DNA of 62,608 nucleotides, filler included, from Hausera hauseri (GCA_046269625.1; 11 parts of 11 records of this genome joined end to end with filler, not necessarily neighbours in it), one strand, 5' to 3'. Counted from the first letter of the whole stretch, positions 37,200-50,600 are shown. Translations and numbers: made by a program. Notes: generated by a model from the sequence alone, not told the origin.

Positions 37200-38495
37200 C
37201 AGGAGGGGATAATCGATAAATCGATTAGCACATGTGCTAATCGATAGTGTACACCGAGCACTATCGGTCGGTAATGTGACAGGCAACGATGCCGTTAGGC
37301 ACCGTTGTTGTTCACACTGCACATTTCACTTATCGATCGCTGCACATTGCACTGTTGATCGAATCGATCGGGACAACGTGCTGTTCGATAGAGCACATTA
37401 GAACGCATCGATTGGTGCACTGTGCAGTTGCACTGCACATGTGCAAGTGTGCAAAAATCATTAATATATGATTTCCGATAATTTTAATATTGATTAGCAC
37501 CCGGCACCGGGTGCAATCGATAGCCAACACGATTCTCTATTTGAATGTGCAATTAGAATTTAAATCTATCGATTGGCTTTCGAAATGCCAACGGGGACTG
37601 TAGTGCATAGGCCTTTCCGCTATAAAATAAAAATCGATGTCACATGTCCTAGTAGGTAGTGCACTCGATACACTATTGATCGAGAAATGCTCATGGCTAA
37701 GGTGCCCCGGGCACCGTTGCCATGGCACTTTTTGACTTCACATATTTGTAGTTGTACGGCCTGGCATTGATAAAATCCAGCGGGACCAAATGCTTGTGAA
37801 TAGAGCATATCGAGATGCACTTTGATATGCACGGTGTAATGCACCTGCACATGTGCAAGTGTTCAAAAATTAATAATATCGGTTTTTCGATAATTCCCAT
37901 TTTGATGATTAGCACGTAACCGGGTGTGGTCGAACGCAAATACGATGCACTATACGAATGTTCAGTTAGAATTTAAATCTATCGATTCGTTTTCGAATAA
38001 TATCAACCCGAATTGCAACTGCGACCAAAGGTACATAGGTTTTATTTGCTCTAAGGAAGGAAAATCGATATTATATAGAGCGGGGATAGATAGGAAACCG
38101 AGTATGGATATCTTGAATATCGAGTCTAATGTTCGAAATTTGAAAAATTTCCCACTTGAATATGGAACTTTGAGCTTCTTGAAAAATTTGACTACGGAAT
38201 TCGATTCCCCATGTCCCAAAACCTCTAAATTCATTAAAATTATTCCATGAAAATGTGCTATATAGATATAAAATCAATATTTTGAATTAAGTAAAATGTG
38301 AATTTTAAGCTTAGTGAAGCGGAAATCGATAAATCTAATAGCGCATACGGATACGAACCCATATATGGCGAATCGGAATATGGCATCATATATTTGAAAT
38401 TGAACTTAAAAGTCGAATATTTAGCTATTCGAACTTGAATACTCGGTCATGTGTGCACTATTCGAAGAATATAATGACGTATTCCCCATGTGTGA
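37200..38495 (+). repeat. Non-coding repeat with internal ~410-bp diverged tandem duplication
   Basis: GCACATGTGCAAGTG..GATTAGCAC..TTAGAATTTAAATCTATCGATT occurs at ~37435-37575 and ~37847-37987. The distal part matches 14440-15100. Confidence 0.75.
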
Positions 38496-39285
38496 AACAC
38501 TTAAATTTGGCGCCTGACATTTAATTTATTTAATTTATTAAAACAAGTGCGTTATATTTGACATAAACATATAAATATAGAATATGATCTACATAATGGA
38601 CTTTATTGATAATCTAATATCTCATATGAACAAACGCACAGTGGATGATGCGCCCTATGAAGATGTTGCAGAATATACATGTTGCCAATCAGATTATGGA
38701 GAAAATGACGACGTGGCTGCAGCTATAAATCTGAAGATACTGAATTGTTTGAGGAATGTTGTGAAGATTGCCAACAAAGTGAATACGGCGATGACGAAAT
38801 TGAAATCAATATTATCTAGGAAGACGAAGAGGAAGTGACGATGAAAATTGATTATGCACATGTGTTAAAATGAATAATAATTAAAGATTGTTATTGTTGT
38901 TGTGTTAATAAAGTTGCTATAAACACACGTTGCTTTTTGAAATAAGAGACACATAAATNNNNNNNNNNNNNNNNNNNNNNNNNNNNNNNNNNNNNNNNNN
39001 NNTTAATTAATTAANNNNNNNNNNNNNNNNNNNNNNNNNNNNNNNNNNNNNNNNNNNNATTAAATGAAGTAGAAACGTGTCCGCAGAACAGGAGATTCAA
39101 TGTGGAGATGCTCCTGGATTCAGCGCTGAAAAAGATTTAACTGAACTAATTAACGTAAATATTACTGAAAGTTAAGACAACTTATTCCGACCGTAACTAA
39201 AATATCTAGTGAGAATACAATTTATAGTACGGTGCCGAAACTTTTGATAAGGAAATACGCTAAAATCTTGAGGGCTAAACCTAAT

Positions 39286-39512
39286 GTAATGATAAAAGTA
39301 ATGGTATCATCAGAGTGGATGGACGAAAAAGAATGTGAATTAACTATATATTCCTATGTAAGGGACGTAAGATAATGGTTATTAAATAATGGCGGAACAA
39401 ATGAGTTAAATTATAGATTTTACTTTAGAGGTAGAATACTCGACAATTTAGAACAATTAATAGATGTAGGGATTATCCCCGACGAAAAAAATCGAATAGT
39501 AGTAGTAATAGC
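39286..39512 (+). pseudogene. Ubiquitin-like domain (one internal stop; C-terminus falls in a 10-N gap)
   Basis: Manual translation VMIKVMVSSEWMDEKECELTIYSYVRDVR*WLLNNGGTNELNYRFYFRGRILDNLEQLIDVGIIPDEKNRIVVVI matches the Ubl pattern RLxFxGxxLxDxxxLxDxxI...IxVV. Confidence 0.65.
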
Positions 39513-40124
39513 NNNNNNNNNNAACGGATGAGGACAATGAACAATGACAAGAATTTAGTGCCGCTGAGTGAAATGATGGCCATTGTCCCAAAACAAAAAC
39601 GCCCAGTCGCTAGGCCTAAGAAGACACAAGAAGAAGTTGATTATAATGGAGAATTGATTAGAGTTAAGACAAATGTCGATTCCTACTTCCAGCACAATGA
39701 AGAATTAAACGAATTAATGAAGAATTTAATACGTGTTGTAAATTATTCAAGCCTTCGAGGTGACACATTAGATGGTAAAGAAAGACCATATTCAATGAAG
39801 CTAGAATGATGAAAAGCTCTCGTTTTAAATTATCGAAAAGTAACCTAACCGATGAATCGATAATAGAAAAGATCATTGTGGAAAACAAGAATGAAAAATT
39901 AAGAAAAGTATTACTGTATTTAGCTATTAAAATAAATCCCAATCGAGAAAATGAAATCAATAGAGCTATAAGCTTAGCTCGAAGAGTGGCGAGAAAGCTG
40001 CCCTGCGAAGTAAATTGGTCAAGACTGTTCGACAAGGAAAAAGACAAACAGACTAGTAATAGGCCCGAGGATGCGTTTCTTAATTTGGTAAAAACCGATA
40101 ATAATAACCAGAAAAACGAATTAA

Positions 40125-42018
40125 ATTGGTTAATCAGGTTACTCACCTTGATGATGCTAATAAAGCACATAGGCGCTGTGACCGTGTATGACTGCGATAA
40201 GTTTAAACTAGGGCCTAGATATTCCTTAATGGATTTGGAAGTGTGCGAAGATGTCAGGCCGCACAAGTTAGAAACGAGAGAGAAAAATTATTTTCTGTAC
40301 CAAAAACAAGAATTAATATCACTTTATGGAATGGAATGTATGCTGAGACGATATCGAAGCACTTTTCACTGTGGGTTAGTACACGGACATTCCTCAATAA
40401 TCAAAACAATACTCCTCTAATCCAAATGAACTTAGAACACCAGCACTGCAAACAGGCTAAGGAGACCGGAAGAGTACAATGGGATAATATTGAATTAAAA
40501 ATGCAACCTGGAAAGATAATTAGTGCATACAAAATAGTGGTCGGAAGGTTATATATGCATAGCGGGCATTGTTACGGAGCGGAATACGACACCGAAAAAG
40601 GATTACAAGCAAACGTGGTAGTCGTGGATTTCTACGAATTGGAGATACGATCACAGAAAGTAATGTTCCATAGTGTCACCAAGTAATACACCGAGAATCA
40701 CTAGTGTTATTTACAAGATGGAACCTGTGTTTTTAGAAAATCTGTTATAATATGGGAACCTCCCTATGGAAGAATCTGTAATTTTATCAAAATTAAGGAG
40801 ATAAATTTAATGAAACTACTGGAAAGCGATATGTGGATAAATCTGATACCAACTCAAGAACACGCGAAGACGTATTAAAACGCCCTACACCCACTATATT
40901 AGTCTCGGATCAGCATGAACTGAAATGTATTAAAAAGGAGATGATTTACCCTTGTGTTGTAGTGATGTTTGCTACTAATTATGAGGCATTCTTTATCTCC
41001 GAAACCGAGATAAATACGAAGACCTAAAAGTTGAAAACACAGGATATCCGGATTGAGGATTACTTGAAGAACAGAGATGATTACTTTTATTACAAAGGAC
41101 AAGTCGGAATAACTGAATTATATCACAAAATGATAACAAACGACTGTGAATCAGATACTGAGATCATGAGGACGAAACTGGCCTATATATACGCCAACCC
41201 AGAATTGGCTTCTCCAATAATTCCTAAGGGAGGGAATTTTCAGTCTGGTCACGGGCGACGTACTGCCAACCTATGAATGTGAAAAGAGAGATGTACCCAT
41301 CAACGTGGAAGAAAAATGTTGCATTCAGGAACTTCCCATTATTTACCAAAATATTCCGAGGTTAGCTACACCATTGACAAGAGTGTTACTCGATAAAGCT
41401 ACCCAACCTACCATTCTTAAAAATTGTAAGGCAAGCTTAGAAGAACCCATGTTTAGACAAAGTGAGACAGACTGGATCAGTTTGCCAAATAGGGGTATTA
41501 TTGCCGCTCCAAATAAATTGACAAGAACAAACCTCGTAAAAGGAATTACAGACGATAAATTTCAAGACACCTTGTTGAAAGGTATATACAAGCCGAAGGA
41601 AATTGAGGTTTTTAGACAATTCCTTGCCTTTCCGCGCCAACGAACACATGAGCTAAATTGAGCTATGGATTCTATTGTAGTCGATACACGATATCAGGCT
41701 AAATGGGAATCCATACTTAGCGTAAACCATTACCAGCGAGTAACCACAGAGATACTTTACAAAATTTGGGGAAGATTTTTGATATTTGGACAATCCGTGT
41801 CTGGATTCCTAGCGATATATTTTCTGATACAAATGAATAAGGCAGTCATCCCAGCAGTAATAAATGGGTACGAAATATTTACATTAACCGGATTTTCATG
41901 TAAAATACTGACTGCGATTGCAACGCCTTTTGGGAAATTCTTAAAAGCATACGAAGAAAATAGATGGGAATCGGACGTAGAACGCCATGTTGGCTACTAT
42001 AATCGTAAACAAAGATGA
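40125..42018 (+). pseudogene. Chuvirus-like class III fusion glycoprotein with internal signal peptide and C-terminal TM
   Basis: Signal WLIRLLTLMMLIKHIGA|VTVYDC; YSLMD..C; C.L.R..FHCG..HSS; CKQAKETG; GHCYG..Y..NVVV; CYLQDGTC..IW; CCIQELPI.Y; PLTRVL; TM WGRFLIFGQSVSGFLAIYFLI..INGY.I...GFS. The Cys spacing recalls chuvirus G. Confidence 0.78.
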
Positions 42019-42589
42019 AGGCCTATATTCTTGCAAAAGCGAAAATCTACAAAACCTATTACACGAAGAAATAATTCAGATGATGACGAGCCTAAGGGAG
42101 GAGAAGCACTTTTAGGAACAAATAGACATAAGATGTACTCTGTCGTTAAAGTGCCATTGCCTATGCTACCTCCTACCGCCCCATTTTACGACGATTGTGA
42201 TAAACGGTCCATGAGCTCGTATCAGACAGAAATTTATAAAAGGATAATCAATGTAGAAGACCCTTACGAAGGAACGAAACGATACGGAATCTTACGGATA
42301 ATGTGCTATCGGCAATCCATAAATGATCCCAGGATGTTGTATTCACCGAGAGAACCTAAAAATATCGATACTAGATCGACGGTTTGGGACAACCCGAAAT
42401 TAAAAACCTTCCAACATACTGAACTACATACTAACAATCGAAAGCCGCTAATTAGCACTCATGAAATGGAAGAATTTCACGTAGAAAAAAGAAGAGTTAA
42501 AACAGATATCGGAAAATATAGTATCCGCCCCAGAAGTACGATTGAACGGACACAAAATATCAGTGACTAAACGTTCGAAAGTAGCATCA

Positions 42590-45500
42590 AACTGTTTCGG
42601 AACAGTGATCGAAGGAAGACCTTTCGCCAAAATCATTATTGAGGATCGGGAAGTTTATGCGTTAATCGATACGGGTTCCGAGATGTCTTACATCAAAAAT
42701 GATTCAATATCTTAAACGCTAAGAAGACAGTTATATCCTCCGTCTACGAAAGATCCAGGTAGTACAGAAGCTTTTGGCCAAATGTCAAAACCAATGTTTA
42801 AATAGAACCCAGAAGTCCAACTAGTTTGGCAAACATTTCGACATGAATTTGCAATAATGGAACAATTAACTGACGATGTTGTTCTAGGATGCGATTTATT
42901 AAAAAGGCTACCAAATATAGCGATCGACTTACAAACAGTAAAATTAATAGAAATCACGCTCAATAAAGGCGTGAAAAACGCTAAGAATAGAAATTTTGGA
43001 GAAATATGGATAGCAGTTAACGAAAACATTCCACCAAGAAGAGAAATGATAATTTATGCCAAGATACAACAAGATGATGATCAGCCAGTATATTCGGAAC
43101 CAAGAGATACGTTAGATCCAAAAATATTACTCAGCAACGTATTAACAAGAGTGCACTCTGGTCGAGTACCAATCAGAATAGCTCACAACGCGCAAACTTC
43201 CGTTAAGCTCTATGCTTACACTACTCTAGGAGACATGTATAGAGTATCGTCGATAACGATCAAAGAAAAACCCTATAAATATGCTGAATTTCTACCTCAC
43301 GTCGAAACTAAGTTTCCACCCGAGTCTTATTGTCGATTTTATGAACTATTATGCCGATATAAATCGATTATTGCTAAGAGTGAAGAATATATCGGAAGAG
43401 TAATGCATTAAAACTGACTATTCCGCTCAAGGAAAAGACTGGTTCGAATGAAGAAATAGATTTGGAATACCAAAAGATGCCGAAATGGTACCCTCCACCA
43501 CATTCATTAAGGCCTGAGATAACAAAGGAAGTTGAACGAATGCTTAAGGCCGATATAATTAGCCCCAGTTACAGATCCTGGTACTCGCCTATCCTTATGG
43601 TTAAGAAGAAAGGCACTACGAAGCACCGATTTTGTATTGATTACAGAGCTCTAAATAATTTTATGATAAAGGATTCTTTTTCATTACCATCAGTAAAAGA
43701 GGCCCTGGATAGACTCTCAGGAGCAAAATGGTTTACTACTCTGGACTTACTATCCGGATAGTGGCAAGTGGAGATAGAAGATGAAGACCGTTATAAGGTA
43801 GCATTTAAAACTCACGATGGTGTTTACGAATTTAATGTTAAGCCGTTCGGTGTTACTACCGAACCCGTCATATTTACGAGAATAATGAACAAAATGTTAA
43901 TGGGATTGGATCATGCCTTTGTGTACTTAGATGACGTGATAATAGCATCGAGAATAGAAGAAGAACACTTAAAGGATATTGAACACACACTGATAAGTTT
44001 GGAACAAGACGGATTGAAGTTAAATCCGAAGAAATGCAAATGGGACCAAAATGCAGTATCTTACCTAGGTCATATAGTTGGGTAAGGAGAATCGAAACCA
44101 GATAAATCGTTCTTAAACAAAATATCCGATTGTATGGAACCACAAAACCAGAAAGAGTTAAGACATTGGTTAGGACTCTGTGGTTATTATGCAACCTATG
44201 TACCAGATAAATCAAAAATTAATGCACCTTTATACCGTCTACTTAAGAAAGGAATTAAATAGTAATGGACAGATGTCGAACAAAAAGCTTTCGACGAGAT
44301 GAAGTAGATATTAACAAGCGAACCCGTTTTGCGATACCCCGACTTTAACTTACCCTTCATAATCAAAATCAACGCCAGTAAAGAAGGCATCGGGTACGAA
44401 TTAGCACAGAAAAGAGAAGATGAAAAATTAGAACATCCGATTGCTTATGGAGGACGTTCCTTGAAGAAGGCCGAGAAAAATATACCGTTATCGAACTGGA
44501 AACTCTAGCCGTAAAAGAAGCACTGCGTCATTTCAACGTTTACATATATGAACAGAGAATTATAATTGTTACTGATCATAAAGCCGTTACGACCTTAAAG
44601 AGCCGAGCAAATAATCCGACATGCAGACTTAATAGATGGATCGAAGGAATCTCCAGATATAATATTGAATTTCAGTATAAGCCAGGGAACAAACATGTAG
44701 ACGCTGATGCACTATCGACATTAAAGACTAAAACAAGCGCAATTACAGTAATGAAGAAAAGTCAACTTGAGGAAATAATAGACTGTCAACGCGCGTTAAC
44801 GATAGATAAGGCAATTAAAATTTCAACAGAACAAAGAAAGAATAAGGTCATCCAGCAGATTATAGAATTTGCTAAAAAGAATGCCATACCAAGAGGACGA
44901 CAGTTAAAGAAACATTTACACAGACACGGACACAAATACTGCGTCCTACATGACGGAAATGAAGGAGACATTTTATATTACGAACGAAAAGGAAAGATGT
45001 TGATAGTTATCCCAAAGAGTTTGCGAACCGAAGTGCTGATGTCAGAACATGACTCATACTTAGCCGGACACATGTCCTGGAAGAAAACATTAAAAAGAAT
45101 AATGACTAAATACTTTTAGCCGAGTATCTATATTGATGTAAAAAATTGGGTGAACGCTTGTGAAGTATGTGCAACTAAGCAAAAGAAAACAAAAAATTAC
45201 ATGGCCGAATTAAAACCAATTGAGGTACCTGATAGACCCATGCAAGCCATGTCGATAAATATTGTAGGACCTCTTTCTACGACTGATACGAACAATAAGT
45301 ATATCTTAACGTGTATCAATCGCCTAACTCATTTTGTCGAGTTGATAGCATTAATAGATCAAAAGGCTGAAACCTTAGCAGAAGCCGTTGTAAGAAAAAT
45401 TATTTGCCGATACGGGCTTCCAGACCAGATACTTACACATCGGGGAAGAAATTTTACCAGTGAACTTTTTGAGAAGATTAGCAAAATATTTAAAATCGAA

Positions 45501-46103
45501 AGATTGACAACTACTGCATATCATCCTCAATGTAATGGGATGGTGGAACGAATGAACGCAACCGTCATACGTATATTATCGACAGTAGTAGCAAAAGATC
45601 AAAAAGATTGGGATGAATTTCTAGAAGGAACTCAATTTGCAATTAATACCACACCACATCCAGCAACAGGATTTACGCCATTTTTTATGACGTATGGACG
45701 TGAAGCCGTGTTGCCCATGATATTAGGAATGACGCAATATACAGTCTATTCCGATTATTTAGAACAAAATTTCGCAGAAGTATTACAAACGCGATTGCAA
45801 AAGTGTTGGGAGATCGCTAAGGAATTATCTCAAGAATATCAAGAACAGTTTAAAAGGCAATATGACAAGAAGGCAAAACCACATGATATAGAACAAGGAA
45901 ATTAGGTTTATGTGCATTATCCAGTAGCCAAGAAAGGCACCTCATTGAAACTGACCCGTACAGGTAGAGAACCGTACGAAGTTAGCAGAATTACGCCGAC
46001 CACAGTAAACATTAACAAAAACGAAAAGGAAGAAGTCGTGTCAATACAAAGAGTCGTCAAGACAGAAATACGACCCAATAAACGTTACAACTTACGCTCA
46101 TAA
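42590..46103 (+). pseudogene. pol: Ty3/Gypsy pol (PR-RT-RH-IN)
   Basis: DTG at 42668-42676; RFCIDYRALN, TTLDLLSG and YLDD at 43924-43935; HPIAYGG, TDHKA; GH..CEVC; TTAYHPQCNGMVER; RYNLR end. Confidence 0.95.
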
Positions 46104-47549
46104 GAAGTAAAAACTTCCCCAATAATTACCAGACCAATATCATACGTTCAAATAGTCTTAGCGTTATCGCTAATTGCTTCTTATATTCCAAGAACACAAG
46201 CTCAATGGTGGCACGACGAGTCGACGCTAGAAGATATATACGGAATTTGGAAGAGCGGATCAAAATCGGAAGTTGTTAAAACGGAAAATAAACCAACGGC
46301 CGAAGAAATCTAAAGACATGAAGATATTAAATTATTACAATCAATGACAATTCATTATTGTTCGCCAAATTCTGTATGTGTTGGATTTAAAACTGAAAAA
46401 CCACATTACGATTTCGGAAAATTTCAAATTGCCTTACTTGACGTAACCGCAAAATAAGCGAAAAATTGTAATTTTGAATCTGGAGACTATATGCAATGTT
46501 GCGACATAGATTTTGGACGCATGTATAACCTCACCTATCGTCTATACTTACCAGACTCATCCGAAGTTTATATTGAAACGAAACCACAATTTCAATTAGT
46601 CGTCCCTGCATGGAACCGACATCACGGAGTAAAACCTAACAAAATGTTACGATCCACTGACCCAGATATAAGAATATTAAACACAAATATCCGCAGAATC
46701 TCAGTAAATAGGGAAAAACAATGCATTCAAGTCGATGCTCAAACAGGATTAACTCTCAGTCAGGAAATTAGTACTACATTCAAAGCAGCAGTTGGACCGA
46801 CCCCGAAAATAGGATACTGTTCTATTCGTGCAGGCGTGCAACATCCGTGTTGTAAAATACTCGCGAACCAAGAGTTCAAAATAAAATTCAACTTATACGA
46901 GGTACGACCAAATAAACCAAGTATACAACTACGAACGTACTATCCAGAAAATAGAATTTGGAAAATTTCAGTAGAAACAACCACGAAAAGACCGACTACT
47001 CGAGTTGGTGCCATTGCGAAAACCGCTACGTCGGGCAGCGTGCCTAAGAGAGAACTAGGAAATATACCTATTAAATATTCGGCGCATCAACTTAAGATTG
47101 TGTTGTTTGTGGAGGGGAAACAAAATTACTATATACACATAAGTTGTCGAACGACATATAATAATCAAATTGTAACATTACTTAAAAACACCTACCAAAC
47201 GGAGTGCAATTTACTAAAATCACGATCTGAATACGTAATACAAGTACATGCGGAGAATAAACAGACCCAAACGATTACATTACATACCTTAGCTAAAATT
47301 CACGCGAAATCGCATACATACGAGGATGTAGACGATGAAACTACAACGTCATTTACTACTTGATCACCACTAGGATTAACTGCCTTACAAATTGCATCTA
47401 TTGCAGTACTGTCAACGTTTATTCTCATTTTATTAATTGCGATTTTTCGACTAGTCACCAAAAACTGTCATTCTAAGCGCCATAAAAATGCAAAATGGGA
47501 ATTAAGGGATTTGGAAACCCCTATTGACCCGTATGATAAAATAACATGA
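46104..47549 (+). pseudogene. Type I membrane protein with FN3-like domains, same frame as integrase
   Basis: Signal-like IVLALSLIASYIPRTQA, FN3-like LLKSRSEYVIQVHAEN and DIDFGRMYNLTYR, TM IASIAVLSTFILILLIAIF, tail ending YDKIT*. Three internal stops, no frameshift. Confidence 0.6.
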
Positions 47550-47656
47550 CAATTACNNNNNNNNNNNNNNNNNNNNNNNNNNNNNNNNNNNNNNNNNNNN
47601 TTAATTAATTAANNNNNNNNNNNNNNNNNNNNNNNNNNNNNNNNNNNNNNNNNNNN

Positions 47657-50600
47657 GTCAACCAATTCGGATGTCCACTGGATTGGCTGATGTTTTTTGC
47701 CGCTTAGGTGTGCGAATGGTGCTGTCAATTCGGAGCAATATGGTACAGATTTATGTACAAAGTGTAGTGTGCCAAGGAAACTGCGCATTTCGGTGGTTGT
47801 ACGTAGCAGCTGGATATTTTTAAGAGCTTCGACTCGGTTTGATTGCGGGGAATGACAGTCTGGTGAGATAACGTGGTTTAAAAAGTTGATGCTTTTTTGA
47901 AGAAATGGCATTTGTCAAAATTGACTTGGAGATTATGGTGGCTAGGACGTTGGAATATTCCGCGAAGGTGTTCCTTGTGTTGTTTGGACGAAGATAAAGC
48001 GACTAGGATATCATCGATATAATGGTGTGCAAACGGGAAATCTTAAAGAATTGAATCAATGTGTCGCTGAAAAGTCTGCGGCTTTCCGCAAACCGAATGG
48101 CATAAACAGGTATTCATAGAGACCAAAAGGAGTGCTACCGGTATTTGATGGTATAATTTAGCTATATTAATGGTCGAATAAATGGTGGTTGAATTAAGAC
48201 GATGCAAGATATCCTTGATGAGTGGTAAAAGGTACGCATCCATGATAGTTAAGTTGTTCCGCTGTCGGTAGTCACCGCATGGTCTAAAATTACCGTCTTT
48301 TTTTTTACAACGTGTAAAGGTGATGACCAAGGAGATTTGGAATAACGTACTATGCCGGAACGTTCTAGTTCAAGAAATTCGGCTCCTACGGCTTGTCTAC
48401 AACGAGGTGACAGAGGCCGTAACTTTTGGCGTATTGGTCGTTGATGCTGTGTAACTATATGGTGTAAAGTACTGTTTGCGGAGTAAACGTACACTCCTTT
48501 TGAAGTACGCGTGGACATGATGTGTTGACGAATTGTTTTAAAATTGTAGGTAACTGTGAGAAATTTGGTGGGAGCGAGGACGTCTTACCAATAGCTTTGG
48601 CTGTATCAGTAAAAGTAAAAATTTGGACGTTGTTTGGTAGTCGAGAATGAAGTGGTATTCGATGCAGGATGGTAGTATTGAAGATGGTATTTTAGTTTGT
48701 AGTTTTATCGAATGATTTGGCAGTGGCAGCAGAATCATTTTTATCTCTGTGCAAACCTCAATCATCAATAACGTTGTTCTTTAGTGATTTAAAACAAGAT
48801 GCCATGGTTGTAAAAAGAATGTTTGTTGAACAATTTTTTTAATATCGGCTTTTGAGCTGAATTCACCCGTACGACAGCCAAAATTGTATTGTCGTGATCA
48901 AATCGCTCCTTATTGCGACCATTTGTTAAGCAGGGTTGTTTGCAATCTACAAGGAGGTTAGAGTACAAAAGAAAATCGGATCCTAAAATGACTGTTTGGA
49001 CATTTGCGACTGTAAATGTTTAGTGGAACGTTTGAGTAAATTTCGGAAGGATAAAAGAAAGCCTACATGTACCGAAAACATGTAGCGGTTGTCCGGAGGC
49101 TGTAAATAAAGGTTTAATTTTGAATAAAGTGTGTTGAGTTGGAAAAGTGAGGTGTAGTAAAGAAATCGTTGCGCCTGAATCGATGAGAAAATCTGTGTTG
49201 AGCTGTCGGTGCGATGGTGGAGGCTGTTAATGTGAACACGGCGAAAGAAATTTTTTGGCTATTAGGAAGTGAAAAGTGGCCTTCGCCAGTGCTTGCCGAA
49301 AACTCTTGAGGCGAAGTCAGTTCTTTGAAAACGGGGAACCTGAGCGGCTGTTAGAAAAGAAAGTTGTGCGTTCGTCATTTGCATGGTGGGATTTGTTTTT
49401 AAACGTGAAACCTGGAATGCACTTACATGCATTATGTCTGAATTTTGCACGATATATGCAAATGACGTTGTCCGTATGGTATTTTTGATCATAAAATTTG
49501 CACCCTAAGTGGCATTTTTGCGCGTTGATATCAAACTTACCATGGTAATAGCAAATCAGTGATCGTCCAGGTAAAGGTGAACGACCATGAGATACTGAAC
49601 GGTTACGGTCACGTATGAAACCCTCACGTCAAGTCAATGAGATCTCGTTCAGTTTATTGTTGATATTATTTATTGTTCTTTGTAGGGCCGCATTTTCGGC
49701 TCGTAGTTGATTTAACTGCTGTTTCATTGTAACGTTGTTGGTAGTAACGGCTGAAGAAATGACTGGTTGAGTGTGTGCATTCAAAACCTCGTATGTCTTG
49801 TCTGCCAGTTCAGCCAATTTATCAAGTGTTGTCGATTCTTCGACGACAGTAAGTAAGGCCCTAATTGGTATGGGCAATGCGTTCAGGAAGTAGCGTCGTA
49901 AAAGATCAGCGTTGTGTTGTTTAGTCACGCCAAGTATTTGAAGTTGTACAAGGGAAGTTCTGAAGAAATCAGATGGTTTTTGCGTCCCCATAGCATTGTC
50001 GTTGAAGAAACAATTAATTATTAAGTCCATAGATGGTTCAGTAAGCTTTAAAACGGAGTTGTAAAGATGGGTGTATGGATCAGTTTTTTAGAAGATATCT
50101 AACAAATCATAAATGACCGTTTTTACAGTTGTCGGTAAAAGACAAAGCAGGTTATAAGCTTTAGTTAGCGGATCAGTAATGTTGTTAGACTGCAGCCAAA
50201 GTTTGTGGATATTAAACCAGGTCTTGCTGGACTGTTCGTGGTCGATAAAATACTCTGTGCACTGAAAAGGAGTGTGTTTTGCTGGCGAGGTTAAAGAAGT
50301 ATAACTTCTGAAAGAAGATGGCGTGGTAACGGTCGACGATTTTTGGTTAAACGTGAAATGTGATGCTTTGGAAGTAGTTTTGTTAGTGGTGTTAATGGTA
50401 GGTGAAAAGTCCATTCCACCACGTACGCGTATATGTACGTGAATGATGGTATAATAAGTTGAAGGCACAGAAAGGTTACGAAGGTTGGCATTAGTTACTG
50501 GTAGATTATTGTATGTAAAATAAAAGTCAAATGTTGGCGACGTGTAGTGCGTAGTTATGTAAGTAGGATGCGTCTATGAAATGTGTTATTCTGTGTGTCA

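Larger units (their letters stand above)
39059..47556 (+). mobile_element. Glycoprotein-bearing Gypsy element, copy 1: Ubl - N-terminal domain - glycoprotein - PR - RT - RH - IN - FN3/TM
   Basis: Continuous plus-strand coding remnants across the whole contig; see component features. No LTRs visible (contig ends). Confidence 0.9.

Noticed and set aside
37200-38495. Cys/His-rich short ORFs on both strands
   Set aside because: They derive from a TGCA/ATCGAT-rich non-coding repeat and show no consistent frame between copies.
38584-38838. 84-aa ORF at contig end
   Set aside because: No motif or homologue in the window; not supportable as a gene.
42480-42575. Programmed ribosomal frameshift between linker and protease
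   Set aside because: The two copies shift at different places and in different directions, which fits independent indels in one ancestral ORF.
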